From an uncultured Planctomycetota bacterium (GTDB lineage: Bacteria; Planctomycetota; Planctomycetia; Pirellulales; Lacipirellulaceae): DNA of 64,000 nt. Of the stretch, positions 10,502-21,711 are shown in pieces. The position numbers and the translations under genes were made by a program. The notes under the pieces are model-generated. The model saw only the letters and a program-made list of their open reading frames with translations. It was not told where the DNA came from and did not search any database. How positions within the stretch are numbered: the first letter of the stretch is position 1; each line of letters begins with the position of its first letter. The DNA lies in assembly GCA_963719315.1 (NCBI GenBank), contig CAVRBU010000020.1:1-64000 (forward strand). The letters run 5' to 3'.

Positions 10502-11560
10502 ATGACAGCTTCGCTCTTTCCAAAGCCGCAACTCTCGAACAAGGCACTCAGCGAATTGTGCCATCGGCTGGCGGTGGAGACAGATTCGGGGATCGACATT
10601 CGCCGCACCTGGCAGCGGGAGGCCGAGATGGCTCATGGGCGTGTGCGGCCGTATTTCGAAAACGTTCGCGACGCCGTGGCTCGGGGTGATAGTCTTTCCG
10701 TGGCGCTATCTCGCACGGGCAGCTTGCTGCCGCCGTTGTTTCTGGAAATGACGCACGTCGGCGAGCAAACGGGCACGTTGGGCCGCGTGCTCCGCCGATT
10801 GGAAGTTCATTATCGCCGGCAGGTTCAAGCCCAGCGTTTGTTCCTCGGGGCGATTGCGTGGCCGATGATTGAGCTCGCATTTGCGATCGCCGTCATTGGG
10901 TTGCTTATTTGGGTCTTGGGAATCGTTGCCCAGCGCAACAACGGGCAGCCGATCGATATTTTAGGCTTTGGCCTCATCGGGACGCAGGGATTGATCATCT
11001 ACATCAACTTCATCATCGCGATCGGGTTGTGCATCACCGGCCTGGTTGTGGCCATCAAGCGCGGCGTGCTTTGGACGCGTCCGTTGCAGCGCGCGCTCAT
11101 TCGGATCCCTGTGGTCGGCAATGCACTGGAGCGGATTGCGCTGGCCCGATTGGCGTGGGCGCTGCATCTGATGCTCAACGTGCAAATGGACTTGCGCCGC
11201 ATCGTGCCGCTTGCGCTCCGCACGACCGGCAGCGACTATTACATCCAGCACACGAACCAGATCGTAAGCGATGTCGGCCGCGGCGATCCGCTCCACCTGG
11301 CTTTCTACCGCACGGGCGCATTTCCCGCGGGATTTATCGACGCACTCACCGTCGCCGAGGAGAGTGGCCGGATTGTCGAGTCGATGGAGCGGCTCTCCGA
11401 CCGGTACGAAGAGGAAGCCGAAGTCGCTTTGCGCACGCTTTCTGTTGCCTTTGGCTGGTTCGTGGGCGCGTGCGTGATGGCTTTGATCGTGTTACTGATC
11501 TTCAGACTCGCCGGCTTCTATCTGGGCACGATTAACGATGCGCTGAAAATGACGCGGTGA
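10502..11560 (+). CDS. Type II secretion system F / PilC family membrane protein
   Basis: Two T2SSF repeats (VGEQTGTLG, VAEESGRI) with TM segments. Confidence 0.85.
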   Translation: MTASLFPKPQLSNKALSELCHRLAVETDSGIDIRRTWQREAEMAHGRVRPYFENVRDAVARGDSLSVALSRTGSLLPPLFLEMTHVGEQTGTLGRVLRRLEVHYRRQVQAQRLFLGAIAWPMIELAFAIAVIGLLIWVLGIVAQRNNGQPIDILGFGLIGTQGLIIYINFIIAIGLCITGLVVAIKRGVLWTRPLQRALIRIPVVGNALERIALARLAWALHLMLNVQMDLRRIVPLALRTTGSDYYIQHTNQIVSDVGRGDPLHLAFYRTGAFPAGFIDALTVAEESGRIVESMERLSDRYEEEAEVALRTLSVAFGWFVGACVMALIVLLIFRLAGFYLGTINDALKMTR

Positions 11561-11580
11561 CTTGCGTCCCGGCAGCCAAA

Positions 11581-12075
11581 TTAATTGTCGCACAGGCCGT
11601 GTGGGGCTCGTGTGTGAAGTATTTCCTTCCAGGACGATTCCAGTCGCTCGATATCGTCCTTGGCCATCTGCGGTGGTATCTCAGGAGCCAGCCAGGGGAG
11701 ATTCTCATTAAGTTCCGGCTCGTGAGGCCGATGCCGAAGGACTAGAACGCGCCGCGGGTCAATTTGCTTGGCCTCCAACAGGTCCTTGAGATTCATTTTG
11801 TGGCCTATGTACGCCGAGAATATCAAGGCCGTTTCTTCGGTGAGCCATTGCTTTCGCGCTTCCCCGCGCGGAATTGGTCTTTCGATCCCCGTCACTAGGA
11901 GCAGGTCAAGCGTAACGAAATGGTCGGGCATGCCGATCGCGATGAGCCGGCCCTTGCCTGCCATGGCAAGGTTTTCCGGATGCTGCACGTCGTACTGTTT
12001 TCCGTCAGCGACGAGAATACGGAACGGCTGAAACGGCTGCGTCGAATAGAGTCGGCGGATTTCTTCTGTGGTCAT
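11581..12075 (-). CDS. Small hypothetical protein read through into an internally deleted GIY-YIG nuclease relic
   Basis: N-part PFQPFRILVADGKQYDVQHPE; C-part from 11796 MNLKDLL...LRHRP...ERLESSWKEILHTRAPHGLCDN. Confidence 0.5.
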   Translation of the reverse strand: MTTEEIRRLYSTQPFQPFRILVADGKQYDVQHPENLAMAGKGRLIAIGMPDHFVTLDLLLVTGIERPIPRGEARKQWLTEETALIFSAYIGHKMNLKDLLEAKQIDPRRVLVLRHRPHEPELNENLPWLAPEIPPQMAKDDIERLESSWKEILHTRAPHGLCDN

Positions 12076-12118
12076 GTCTCAATTGTAGCACGACCAATTG
12101 CACGAAATCGAGAGTTTC

Positions 12119-13765
12119 CTACCGCAAACCCGCCAGCTCCTGCAGCAGGTGCCAATTCTCGAGCCGATCCTGCTTGGCGTAGAGCAGCGTCTCGGATGGG
12201 TTGCCGTCCTTGTCGAATTGCTTCGCGAACCGGCCTTCGCTACGGGCGAAATCGATGAAGTCGACCACTTCGCCCGTTTTCGGATTCTTAAACCAGTCCT
12301 CTTTTACGGCCGGGTTGCCTTGCAGCGAGAGCCGTTTGCGGATCGTGTCGCCCGCCCGCGGATCGTAGATCAAGAGTGGGAACGCCCGCGTATCGACGGC
12401 CAGCCGCGCCTGCTCGCCCGCCATATTATCGGCCACGCCGTGCTCCGGTTGGCACGTGGTGTAGCAGCTGATGAGTGCCGGGCCATCGAATTCCAGCGCG
12501 CCAAGCACGGCTTTGTAGAAATGGTTGGTGTGCGCACAGGTGGTCTGCGCGACAAATGTCCGTGGATGCATCATCGCGATTTGAGCGATCTCTTTGCGCC
12601 GCTCCTGCTTGCCGGCGATCATCTTGCCGTGAATGCTCATCTTGGTATTCTGGCCGGTGAACGTGCTCGTGGACGCCTGGCCGCCCGTGTTCGAATACAC
12701 TTGAGTATCGAGCACGAAGCACTTGATTGGCATGCCGGAGGCGAACATCCGCGAGAGCGACTGAAAGCCGATGTCGAAAAATGCGCCATCGCCGCCGATG
12801 CACCACAGCGGCTTGCCGTGCCAACCCATCTGGTCCCACCGCGCCCGCACGCCCATCGCGTCAGCCGGGGCGTTTTCGAATAGCGAATTCGTCCACGGCA
12901 CCAGGTACGGGTTGTACGGGTAGGTGGAGGTGTAAACGGTGTTGCAGCCGGTGGCCGCGATGATGCCCCATTGGTCGCCGTACTTGGCTCCCGTGGCCGC
13001 GCACATCATTCGCAGCGCGGTCCCCTCGCCGCAGCCGGCGCAGGAACCGGCGCCGCCGACGTAGACGTGCGTCTTCTCCTTGAGCATCATGTCGATGAGC
13101 AGGTTATCGTTGATGTACCGCTCGTCGCTCGGCCCGACTTGTTTGAAGAGGCGGTGCGACTTGCGAATCGACTCCATCACCGGCTCGGTCTTGGGAATCA
13201 TTTTCAGCGCGTTGTCGTCGCAGACGGTGACGCACTCGGCGCATCCCTTGCACTTCGACGGATCGATGATGATCGCGAACCGCCCACCCGGCAGGCCCTT
13301 CTTTTGCGGCCCGTCGTAATACTTGCGCGTTTTCGACCACTGGGCCTCGAACGCCTGCCGGTCTTCCGCGTTGGGAATCGCGGCCAGTTTGTCTTCCAAT
13401 TCCGGCTCGGCGATCACTTTGCCCAGAATGGCCGTGTCGGGGCATTCGGTGACGCAATCCATGCAGCCGGTGCAATTTTCGCGGATGTATTCCGGAATCT
13501 CGGGCGCCACATAGCTGAAATCGCGCAGCGCCGCCGTGCCCGCGGGGATCAGCGACCGGGCCACCGCTAAGTCGGCCGGCAATTCCTTCTCGCCCTTGCC
13601 CTCCTCATAACCGCGGATCACGCGGTCGTTAAAGTCGTGCACATCGAGCACGGGCAGCGTGACTTCCAAGTACGGCCGATCGACCAGCGTGCCGTAGCAG
13701 TTGTTGTTGTAAGGATCGCGGTCGTTCGCGTCGTTCATCGAACGAGGAAGATCTGCGGTAGCCAT
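12119..13765 (-). CDS. Pyruvate/2-oxoacid:ferredoxin oxidoreductase delta+beta subunit
   Basis: CTGCMDCVTECP, CKGCAECVTVC, GSCAGCGE, GGDG TPP motif, YSNTGGQ. Confidence 0.92.
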   Translation of the reverse strand: MATADLPRSMNDANDRDPYNNNCYGTLVDRPYLEVTLPVLDVHDFNDRVIRGYEEGKGEKELPADLAVARSLIPAGTAALRDFSYVAPEIPEYIRENCTGCMDCVTECPDTAILGKVIAEPELEDKLAAIPNAEDRQAFEAQWSKTRKYYDGPQKKGLPGGRFAIIIDPSKCKGCAECVTVCDDNALKMIPKTEPVMESIRKSHRLFKQVGPSDERYINDNLLIDMMLKEKTHVYVGGAGSCAGCGEGTALRMMCAATGAKYGDQWGIIAATGCNTVYTSTYPYNPYLVPWTNSLFENAPADAMGVRARWDQMGWHGKPLWCIGGDGAFFDIGFQSLSRMFASGMPIKCFVLDTQVYSNTGGQASTSTFTGQNTKMSIHGKMIAGKQERRKEIAQIAMMHPRTFVAQTTCAHTNHFYKAVLGALEFDGPALISCYTTCQPEHGVADNMAGEQARLAVDTRAFPLLIYDPRAGDTIRKRLSLQGNPAVKEDWFKNPKTGEVVDFIDFARSEGRFAKQFDKDGNPSETLLYAKQDRLENWHLLQELAGLR

Positions 13766-13785
13766 GTTTGAACCTGTTCGTCTTA

Positions 13786-14001
13786 AGCCGCGTAGCGGCG
13801 GAATCAATTAGCCGTGGGCGTTAGCCCACGGATTAGGTACGCAAATACATGCAAAGCCGCGCAGCGGCGACATCTGTCCCTCGGCGAGGCGATTCAGCTA
13901 TTCAAAAACCCTCCGATGTCGCCGCTACGCGGCTTTCCTAGTCGCGGCACGTTCTCCGTGGGCTGACGCCCACGGCTAAGTGCTGCTGCCGCTACGCGGC
14001 T
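13786..14001. repeat. About 216-bp composite palindromic REP element
   Basis: AGCCGCGTAGCGGC / CCGTGGGCGTTAGCCCACGG / AAAGCCGCGCAGCGGCGACATC mirrored in the second half. Confidence 0.8.
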
Positions 14002-14033
14002 AAAATCGCGAATCCGCAATCACAAATCCATAA

Positions 14034-16031
14034 TCACACATGTCCATTTCCCTCACTTATCACTTCCCGCGTTATCTCCTGCATCTCCTTGTAGCTGCGT
14101 TTCACGCAGTTGAGGTTGTCCTGCACCACCTGCTCGCCGCGCTTGCCGAAGTATTTTCGCAGAGCCTTCTCCACGCCCTCGTACACCGCATCGTCGCTCA
14201 TGTTGCTCGACTTGGCGAACGGCGTCAGCTTCAAAAACGCCCCCAGGAGCACGATGCCTTGCATGCGCATCTGTAAGTCGGCTTCCGAAGCGACCTCGCG
14301 GGCAATTTGCACCATGTCGATGAAAAAAACGCGGATATTCTTCTCGCGGATCGTCTTTTTGTCGCGCGTGGGAATCCGCTGCCACACGTCGACCGGGTTG
14401 GTGTACGGGCTTTGCATGAACACGGCCCCGCCTTCCACCAACCCCGCCAGCGGATTGCCGCTGAACAGGGCGGTCGTGTCATTCAGCACGACGAGGTTCA
14501 CGTGCTCCAATTCGCTGTGGGAGTAAATGTGCGAATCGGCGATCGTAAGATAATAGGTCGTCGGCAGGCCCTTTTTCTCCGAGCCGTATTTCGGGTAGGC
14601 CTGTACGTCTTTGCCGAACACCTGCCCGCCGATCGTGGCGATGACTTTGTTGGTCGTCACCGAGCCGAAGCCGCCAATCGAGTGGCCGCGCATTGAAAAC
14701 GCGCCCTTCGGCCGCAGGTCGGGATCTTCGTTGACGGCCAGCGCCGTGCGATGCTGGATGCCGACGCTGAAGAACTCCTGCCCATCCTCGATCATGTTCT
14801 CGAACACGGCGAAGATGTCTCCCGGCCGCACGTCGCGGCTGCCGAGTCCGGCCGCTCCGTGGAAAATCTTCGGGATGCGCTCAATTTGTTCCTGGCCATT
14901 CTGGCCGGTGATCGCATCGCAAAACGCCGCCTTGATTTCGCGGGTGAGGTGGTTGCCGGTTGTCGAGAGTGGATCGTCCATTCGCTCGATGATCGTGATC
15001 GCCCGCGCGTGCTTGAGCGCGTCCACAATGTACGTCGCCGGGAATGGTCGGAAGCAGTGCACGTTGAGGCAGCCCGCCTTGATCCCCTTTTTCGCGCGGA
15101 GCCAATCGACGGTTGTCTGGGCGGTCTCCATGTAGCAGCCCATGCCGACGAGAATGTATTCCGCATCGTCGCAGCGGTACGGGATCACGAAGTCGTATCG
15201 CCGGCCGGTGGCGCGGTAAAACTCCTCGAACGCCTCGGCCAGTGCCGGCTCGACCTGATCGTAGTACCATCGCTGGGCGATCTTGCCCTTCATGTACGAA
15301 TCCTGATTTTGCACGACGCCCGACATCATCGGGTTGTCCGGGTCCATCAGGTTCATCAGCTTGTCCTTCGGGCTGCTGACAAATTGCTTCATGAACTCCG
15401 GCTCGATGAGGCGCACGCTCTCGACGGTGTGCGTGGTGAGAAAACCGTCCTGCACGTTGAAGAACGGCGTGGAGGAGGCTTCGGCCGCACGCCGCGAGAT
15501 GAGACATAAGTCGCCCGCCTCTTGCGCGTTGCGGGCGAACAACATTCCCCACCCGCAATCAGCGACGCTCATCATGTCGTCGTGCCCGGCGTGTACGTTG
15601 AGGCCCTGGCTGGTCAGCGCGCGGGCTCCGATGTTGAACACGGCCGGCAGCCGCTTGCCGGCAATCGTGTAGAGCACTTCCTTCATCAGCACGAGACCCT
15701 GGCCAGACGTGAAGTTCGTCACGCGCCCGCCGGCGGCCGCGAATCCTTCGCAGAACGATGCGGAAGAGTGTTCGCTCTCGGGCTCGACGAACACGAGTTG
15801 ATCGCCCCACAAATTCGGCACGCCGTTGACGACGGCCTGATTGAATCCGCCGCCCATCGTCGTGGAGCTGGTGATCGGAAACGCGCCGCAGCCTTGCGAG
15901 ATTCGCGTCTCCACCCACACTACGGCTTCTGCGCCGTCGCAGGTCGTCGGAATGCCCGGGTACTGGAACTGCTCGACAACCGGTTCAACGCTCGGAATGT
16001 CGGTCGTCTGCGAAATCGTTTCCGTAGCCAT
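14034..16031 (-). CDS. Pyruvate/2-oxoacid:ferredoxin oxidoreductase alpha+gamma subunit
   Basis: FPITSS, ESEHS, FTSGQGL, DGFLTTH, YGSEKKG. Confidence 0.92.
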   Translation of the reverse strand: MATETISQTTDIPSVEPVVEQFQYPGIPTTCDGAEAVVWVETRISQGCGAFPITSSTTMGGGFNQAVVNGVPNLWGDQLVFVEPESEHSSASFCEGFAAAGGRVTNFTSGQGLVLMKEVLYTIAGKRLPAVFNIGARALTSQGLNVHAGHDDMMSVADCGWGMLFARNAQEAGDLCLISRRAAEASSTPFFNVQDGFLTTHTVESVRLIEPEFMKQFVSSPKDKLMNLMDPDNPMMSGVVQNQDSYMKGKIAQRWYYDQVEPALAEAFEEFYRATGRRYDFVIPYRCDDAEYILVGMGCYMETAQTTVDWLRAKKGIKAGCLNVHCFRPFPATYIVDALKHARAITIIERMDDPLSTTGNHLTREIKAAFCDAITGQNGQEQIERIPKIFHGAAGLGSRDVRPGDIFAVFENMIEDGQEFFSVGIQHRTALAVNEDPDLRPKGAFSMRGHSIGGFGSVTTNKVIATIGGQVFGKDVQAYPKYGSEKKGLPTTYYLTIADSHIYSHSELEHVNLVVLNDTTALFSGNPLAGLVEGGAVFMQSPYTNPVDVWQRIPTRDKKTIREKNIRVFFIDMVQIAREVASEADLQMRMQGIVLLGAFLKLTPFAKSSNMSDDAVYEGVEKALRKYFGKRGEQVVQDNLNCVKRSYKEMQEITREVISEGNGHV

Positions 16032-16328
16032 TGATCGCCCTCGCTGAGCCGGTCGCGGCTTAGCGAACCGCGCGGCACGCTCGATTTTGGCCTATCCAAG
16101 AAAAGAAGATGCGATAACGAGTTTTGCGCAGGTCTTCGGGCCCTCGCACCGAACTTATCCTAAACCCCGTCCATAGGAATTAATAGGCCCCCGCCAATAT
16201 GCTATACAATCTTCGATGCATTGCCAACAATTAAGGTGCTGCAGCGTCCTTGGATTGCGGAAACTGCTATCCTTTTGTCGGATATGGGATAGAACTTCTT
16301 GCTCCAAACACCTCGCTCCCCGCTCATA

Positions 16329-16559
16329 ATGATTCGTACCGTCGCCGACCTGTGCCGCGAACAGAGCATCACCGTCGCCGAGTTGGCTGACCGGACGGCC
16401 CTCGACGTCGGTCGCGTCACGGCCATCGCGCTCGGCCGTTGGACGCCCAGCCCGGCCGAGCGCCAAAAGGTCGCCGCTGCGCTCGGTGTGCCCGCCGACG
16501 AAATCGCCTGGGGCCACTCAACGCCCATTCAGCACCTTTACGGTCACGGGCCGGGCTAG
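16329..16559 (+). CDS. XRE-family HTH protein
   Basis: ITVAELADRTALDVGRVTAIALGRWTP...KVAAALGV. Confidence 0.75.
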   Translation: MIRTVADLCREQSITVAELADRTALDVGRVTAIALGRWTPSPAERQKVAAALGVPADEIAWGHSTPIQHLYGHGPG

Positions 16560-16700
16560 AAGCGGGTAGCGGAAAGCACGGAGCAGAGGGTTGGATGTTG
16601 TTACTTCCGGCCCCTTGTGTTCCGCACACCTACTCGCCTACGGACCTCCCCGCTACACTATCGCGCGGGCGATTCCATTTCTTCCAGCGGAGGTCCAATC

Positions 16701-17251
16701 ATGCTAACCAGTCTCGCGTCGCTATGGTTGCCGATCATCTTGTCCGGCGTTGCATTGTTCTTCGCCAGTTGGGCCGCTTGGATGCTATCGCCCCATCACA
16801 AGGGCGAATGGAAAGCGCTTCCCGATGAGGATGGCGTCATGAACGCGCTACGACAGTTCAACTTGCCGCCCGGGCAGTATAATTTTCCGCATGCTTGTGA
16901 CCCCAATGCCATGAAGACCGAGGAGTACAAACGACGAATAACAGCCGGCCCGATCGGCTTCCTCACTGTGTGGAAGGCTTCGCCGAACATGGGCGTCAAC
17001 ATGCTCTGCACGGTGCTGTTTTTCCTCGTGGCCAACTTCGTGATCGCTTATCTGGCCGCGATGGTGATTCCGCCCGGCGAAGAGCGTTGGAAAGTGTTCC
17101 GCTTCGTCGGCACCGCCGGCGTCCACCTACGGCACGGCCAATATCCTCAACGGCATCTGGTTCGGCCGCAGAATGGTGGCGGATATCATCGACGGAATCG
17201 TCTATGGCATTATTACAGGCGCGATCTTCGCGCTACTTTGGCCTGACGTAA
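16701..17251 (+). CDS. Membrane protein (frameshifted near 17125)
   Basis: LWLPIILSGVALFFAS...HHKGEW; GGAGG upstream; several TM segments. Confidence 0.7.
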
Positions 17252-17419
17252 CGGTGTGAAGAGTAGCCACACAGATCGCCTAGGACAGGCGGGAATCGCT
17301 AATTGACGCGATTAAATCGCTAAGATCAGATATCACAAATGGCCGCATCGCGGCAAGCTCGATCATCTGACGCGTCGGCGGGCGCTCATCCGATCCGCCC
17401 GAGAGCCGCGTTCAATTCG

Positions 17420-18253
17420 TCAATCGCAGCTTCCAAACTTGCCGCGGTGAACGACATAGTAAGGCGCGAGGAGTGTGAACAGTCCAGCCATGGCCGGTGG
17501 AACCAGCGTGAGCGCCCGCCAGGGGCTGCCGCCTTGTCGAAAAATTGCCGGCAGCGTGAGCACGATCGGCAGCGCTGCCAAGACGCACCAGACCGCCAGC
17601 GCCGTCGTGATCGGCCGTGTGGAGGCAATGGTTTCGGAGCCCTCCATGCGACCCTTAGCCCAAAACGCGCGGACTTGCCCCAGCCACTCGTCCGGGACAT
17701 CGAGCGCCGGGGCCGCGGCGGCTCGACTTGTCTTGGCAACCAATGCCGACGTGGCAAATCCGACGCCCATTCCGCCGAGCACCAGGCAGAGGCCCCAGTA
17801 TAGCAGCATCAATTCCCACCGGACATTGCGAAACAGTAGCGCGTCGGTCGGATCGCGCGGGTTCACATAGCAATGAAATGGCTTCCCGGAATCGCGGTGA
17901 CGAATCAATTCGGCGGCAGCGTCTCGTTGGAAGTTTCCAAGATTGTCGCCGCCGCTATGGAGGCCGACCCGCGTACCCGTGTAGTGCTGTCCACCCAGGT
18001 CGTACTCATAGGTCGCCGTGGCTCGAAAAGTTGGGCCACTTTCATCTTGCCGCCTCCCTATCGGATCGTTCGTTATCAGTCCGGCTGCTTTGATTGTGGC
18101 CGGCACTTCGACCCAACTTTGGGCCGCGTAGTACCGCACGGCAACCCAGGAGGCATAGCTGGCTGTGCCGATGCCGAACGCAAGAAACGGTAATGCGAAC
18201 AGAATTTTCCACAGGGGGCCCTGCCCGCGAGATTTCTTTGAGTGTTCCGCCAT
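17420..18253 (-). CDS. DUF3592-domain membrane protein, probably C-terminally truncated
   Basis: WVEVPATI...ATYEY...CYVNPRDPTDALL between TM helices; ends abruptly at KFGSCD. Confidence 0.7.
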   Translation of the reverse strand: MAEHSKKSRGQGPLWKILFALPFLAFGIGTASYASWVAVRYYAAQSWVEVPATIKAAGLITNDPIGRRQDESGPTFRATATYEYDLGGQHYTGTRVGLHSGGDNLGNFQRDAAAELIRHRDSGKPFHCYVNPRDPTDALLFRNVRWELMLLYWGLCLVLGGMGVGFATSALVAKTSRAAAAPALDVPDEWLGQVRAFWAKGRMEGSETIASTRPITTALAVWCVLAALPIVLTLPAIFRQGGSPWRALTLVPPAMAGLFTLLAPYYVVHRGKFGSCD

Positions 18254-18455
18254 GGTTCTCTACCTGGGGCTGTGGCCGCTTTGAATTATCGGAGTTTCTG
18301 CTGATGGTGCAGTCGTTGTGGGCAACTCTAAGACGGATGAACCCAACTACGGAACCGACGTTGGAGTTTGCGAACCAGCTACCAACTGAGGCGTGGCAAC
18401 GATTGGCCAGATTAAACGCTATCCATTCAACACCAGCGGTCGCGTGCGAGGAGAT

Positions 18456-19403
18456 TCATTTCGCCGGTGGCTGCGCAATGCTCACTTGAAGCACTCGTAT
18501 CGGCCGGCGCTCAAGTTGAATGGAAATGCCCAGTTCCCTGGCAAGGCGTTCTAGGATTCCTCTGCGTGCATTTTTCACAGCATCCTCCAACGTCCATCCC
18601 GGCTTTAATTCTTCCTTCGTCCAACGGTACGTCTCATAGGTCCAGGAGATCTTGCGTGGTTCCAGCCCGTGCGTTTCGTCCACCGTAGGCAAGTTCATTG
18701 CATCTTCCAACCATGCAACGAACGCGTTCCAGTTCCCCTGTTCTTTCCCGATCCCAACGCGCGGATCGAGGCCGGCAATCGCCAAAGTGATGTCTCGCTC
18801 CCGCTGCCCCGGCGCGGCCCCTTGATTGCTGAGCACCATAGTCTCCACCGGCGTCGTGACGTATTCGAGCTGTAGCGGATCCTTGAGATCGCTCTGGAAC
18901 AACCTGGCCAACTCGGTCGCCACGGGCCCCTGTTTGGCCACCTTGCGCCGGACGAAGTCACCGGGGATTCGTTGCTCCAGCAGATCGACGCGGCCAATCA
19001 TTCGTGAATCCGGCGTACCGGTAAGTACGCGAATCGTGCTGGACAACGTCGCTCCCTTCAACGCCGGCCCTGGCGGAGCACCGTTCACGGGCACGAAGAG
19101 CGACGCGTTGCAGAACTCTAAGTGATCCTGATTCCAGAAAAAACGGCAAGACTTGACGTATTGGGCATGGTCCTGGAACCGCAAATCGACGAACGCCTTA
19201 CGAGATTCGGGAAATGGCGGTACGAATCGAGCGACGAGTTCGTTTTCGGCAAGTCGATAGGACTTGGCGATTTCGTCAAGCTGCTGCTGTTCCGCTGGAC
19301 TCACGTTCACGTCGGCAACTGCACACGCACCGTGACGCGCCAAACTCCCGAAAGCAAGCGAAAAGCAAATGAATTGGGATCGCGTAATCACTGATAGGCG
19401 CAT
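18456..19403 (-). CDS. Secreted hypothetical protein
   Basis: Long ORF with signal-like N-terminus; PTVDETHG motif. Confidence 0.55.
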   Translation of the reverse strand: MRLSVITRSQFICFSLAFGSLARHGACAVADVNVSPAEQQQLDEIAKSYRLAENELVARFVPPFPESRKAFVDLRFQDHAQYVKSCRFFWNQDHLEFCNASLFVPVNGAPPGPALKGATLSSTIRVLTGTPDSRMIGRVDLLEQRIPGDFVRRKVAKQGPVATELARLFQSDLKDPLQLEYVTTPVETMVLSNQGAAPGQRERDITLAIAGLDPRVGIGKEQGNWNAFVAWLEDAMNLPTVDETHGLEPRKISWTYETYRWTKEELKPGWTLEDAVKNARRGILERLARELGISIQLERRPIRVLQVSIAQPPAK

Positions 19404-19617
19404 AGTTAAGTTCCTCTTGATTTTTGAGAAACGGCGTCGACAAACTGCACCACCAATCTCTATAAAGCTGGATTGCCCGGTTGGCAGCATTTTCGGAAAT
19501 CAGATTGATTCTTACTTGGATTCTTACATAGGAGATTGTTGCGTAGAACGTGAATCGCCAATGGCATTGGCGTGGTGTTAGAGAACATTATTATCGGTTC
19601 GTCCGAAATCCTCAATG

Positions 19618-21711
19618 TCACACGTTTCGTTTTGGTCGCGGGACGCGTCCTTTCCATTGCGCCGGGTCGCCCGCTTTGCGCTTGGCTCCGCGGCGTTTTT
19701 TGCCGCCTTCACCGTTTTTCTCCGGCACGACGCCGACCGGTTTGCCGATCTGCTCGCGGAGGTGTCCGATCCGGTCGCGAATGGAAGCTGCCCGCTCGAA
19801 CTCCATGGCTTCGGCGGCCGCGAACATTTCACCCTCTAGCTCGGCAATGTACTCTTCCGTGATGTAGACCGTTTCATCGGTGCGGCCGACTTTCGCGTTC
19901 GCCTCGGCATGGGCCGACGCGGTCGATTCGATGCCGGCGAAGATCGCCTTCTTGATCGATTCTGGCGTGATGCCGTGCTCCTTGTTGTACGCTTCCTGGA
20001 GCGCGCGGCGGCGGGACGTTTCGTCGATTGTTCGCTGCATCGAGTCGGTCACTTTATCGGCGTACAAAATCACTTTCGCGTTCACGTTCCGCGCGGCCCG
20101 GCCGATCGTTTGCATGAGCGATGTCTCGCTCCGCAAGAAGCCCTCTTTATCCGCGTCGAGAATCGCGACCAAGGAAACTTCAGGCAGATCGAGCCCTTCG
20201 CGAAGCAGATTCACGCCCACGAGCGCTTCGAACTTCCCTTGCCGCAAGTCGCGAAGCAGTTCGACGCGCTCAAACGCATCGAGCTCGCTGTGGAGCCACT
20301 TGCAGAGCACGCCGTTGTCGGTGAAGTAGGCGGCCAGGTCCTCGGCGAGCCGCTTGGTGAGGGCCGTCACCAGCACGCGTTCGCCGACGGCAGAGCGCTC
20401 GCGAATCTGCGCCAGCAAGTGGGGCACTTGCCCGCGGGCCGAAACGATTTCAATCACGGGGTCAAGCAACCCGGTCGGTCGCACGACTTGCTCGACCACT
20501 TCGCCGCCCGTTTGCTCTAGCTCGAATGGGCCGGGCGTCGCCGACACGTAGACCACCTGTTTGATTCGTTGCCGCCACTCTTCGAACTTGAGCGGGCGGT
20601 TGTCGAGCGCGCACGGCAAGCGGAAGCCGTGCTCGACGAGCGTTACTTTGCGGCTGCGATCGCCGTTGAACATTCCGCCCACTTGCGGCACCGTGGCGTG
20701 CGATTCATCGACAATCAGCAAGTAATCCTGCGGAAAGAAATCGAACAGCGTGTACGGCGGCTCGCCCGGCGCTCGGCCGCTGAGGGGTCGGCTATAGTTC
20801 TCGATGCCTGGGCAATAGCCCATCTCCATCATCATCTCGATGTCGTATCGCGTCCGCGCGCTGAGCCGCTGGGCTTCCAGGTGCTTGCCCTGCGACTTGA
20901 ACAATTCCAACCGCTCGCGGAGCTCCAGGCGGATTTCGTCCACCGCGTTATGGATCCTCTCTTCCGGCAACACGAAATGCTTGGCCGGGTAGATGTACAC
21001 CTGCTCGAGCTTGTCGATGGTTTCGCCGGACGTGGGGTTGATGATCGAGAGCCGCTCGATCTCATCGCCCCAGAACTCCAGGCGGTACGCGAACTCCTCG
21101 TAGCTTGGCCAGACTTCGACCGAATCGCCGCGCACACGAAACTTGCCGCGCGAGGGGTCAGTGTCGTTTCGCTCGTACTGAATATCGACGAGTTTGGCGA
21201 GCATGGCGTCGCGGTCGAGCACGTCGCCCACCGAGACGCCGACCATCATCGCCTTGTAATCGGCCGGAGAGCCCAGGCCGTAAATGCAGGACACGCTGGC
21301 CACGACGATCACATCCCGCCGGCTCACGAGCGAGCTGGTCGTCGCCAGCCGCATGCGGTCGATCTCTTCGTTGATCGAGGCGTCTTTCTCGATGTAAATA
21401 TCCCGCTGCGGGATATAGGCCTCGGGTTGGTAGTAGTCGTAGTAGCTGACGAAGTAGCTAACCGCGTTGTGCGGGAAAAACTCCTTGAACTCGGAGTAGA
21501 GTTGGGCCGCCAGCGTCTTGTTGTGCGACAACACCAGCGTCGGTCGTTGCACCTGCTGAATGACGTTCGCCATCGTGAACGTCTTGCCTGAGCCGGTGAC
21601 GCCCATCAACACCTGCTCGCGCCGCCCGCCGCGCAGGTTTTCCACGAGTTCGCGAATAGCCTGCGGCTGATCTCCGGCGGGTTCAAAGGGTGCTTGAAGG
21701 CGAAATTCCAT
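19618..21711 (-). CDS. uvrB: Excinuclease ABC subunit B
   Basis: [41 protein letters not shown]. Confidence 0.98.
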   Translation of the reverse strand: MEFRLQAPFEPAGDQPQAIRELVENLRGGRREQVLMGVTGSGKTFTMANVIQQVQRPTLVLSHNKTLAAQLYSEFKEFFPHNAVSYFVSYYDYYQPEAYIPQRDIYIEKDASINEEIDRMRLATTSSLVSRRDVIVVASVSCIYGLGSPADYKAMMVGVSVGDVLDRDAMLAKLVDIQYERNDTDPSRGKFRVRGDSVEVWPSYEEFAYRLEFWGDEIERLSIINPTSGETIDKLEQVYIYPAKHFVLPEERIHNAVDEIRLELRERLELFKSQGKHLEAQRLSARTRYDIEMMMEMGYCPGIENYSRPLSGRAPGEPPYTLFDFFPQDYLLIVDESHATVPQVGGMFNGDRSRKVTLVEHGFRLPCALDNRPLKFEEWRQRIKQVVYVSATPGPFELEQTGGEVVEQVVRPTGLLDPVIEIVSARGQVPHLLAQIRERSAVGERVLVTALTKRLAEDLAAYFTDNGVLCKWLHSELDAFERVELLRDLRQGKFEALVGVNLLREGLDLPEVSLVAILDADKEGFLRSETSLMQTIGRAARNVNAKVILYADKVTDSMQRTIDETSRRRALQEAYNKEHGITPESIKKAIFAGIESTASAHAEANAKVGRTDETVYITEEYIAELEGEMFAAAEAMEFERAASIRDRIGHLREQIGKPVGVVPEKNGEGGKKRRGAKRKAGDPAQWKGRVPRPKRNV

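Noticed and set aside
12098..21591. Long antisense ORFs over PFOR and uvrB (e.g. 12098..12883, 20569..21591)
   Set aside because: Shadow ORFs expected from high-GC codon bias opposite well-supported genes
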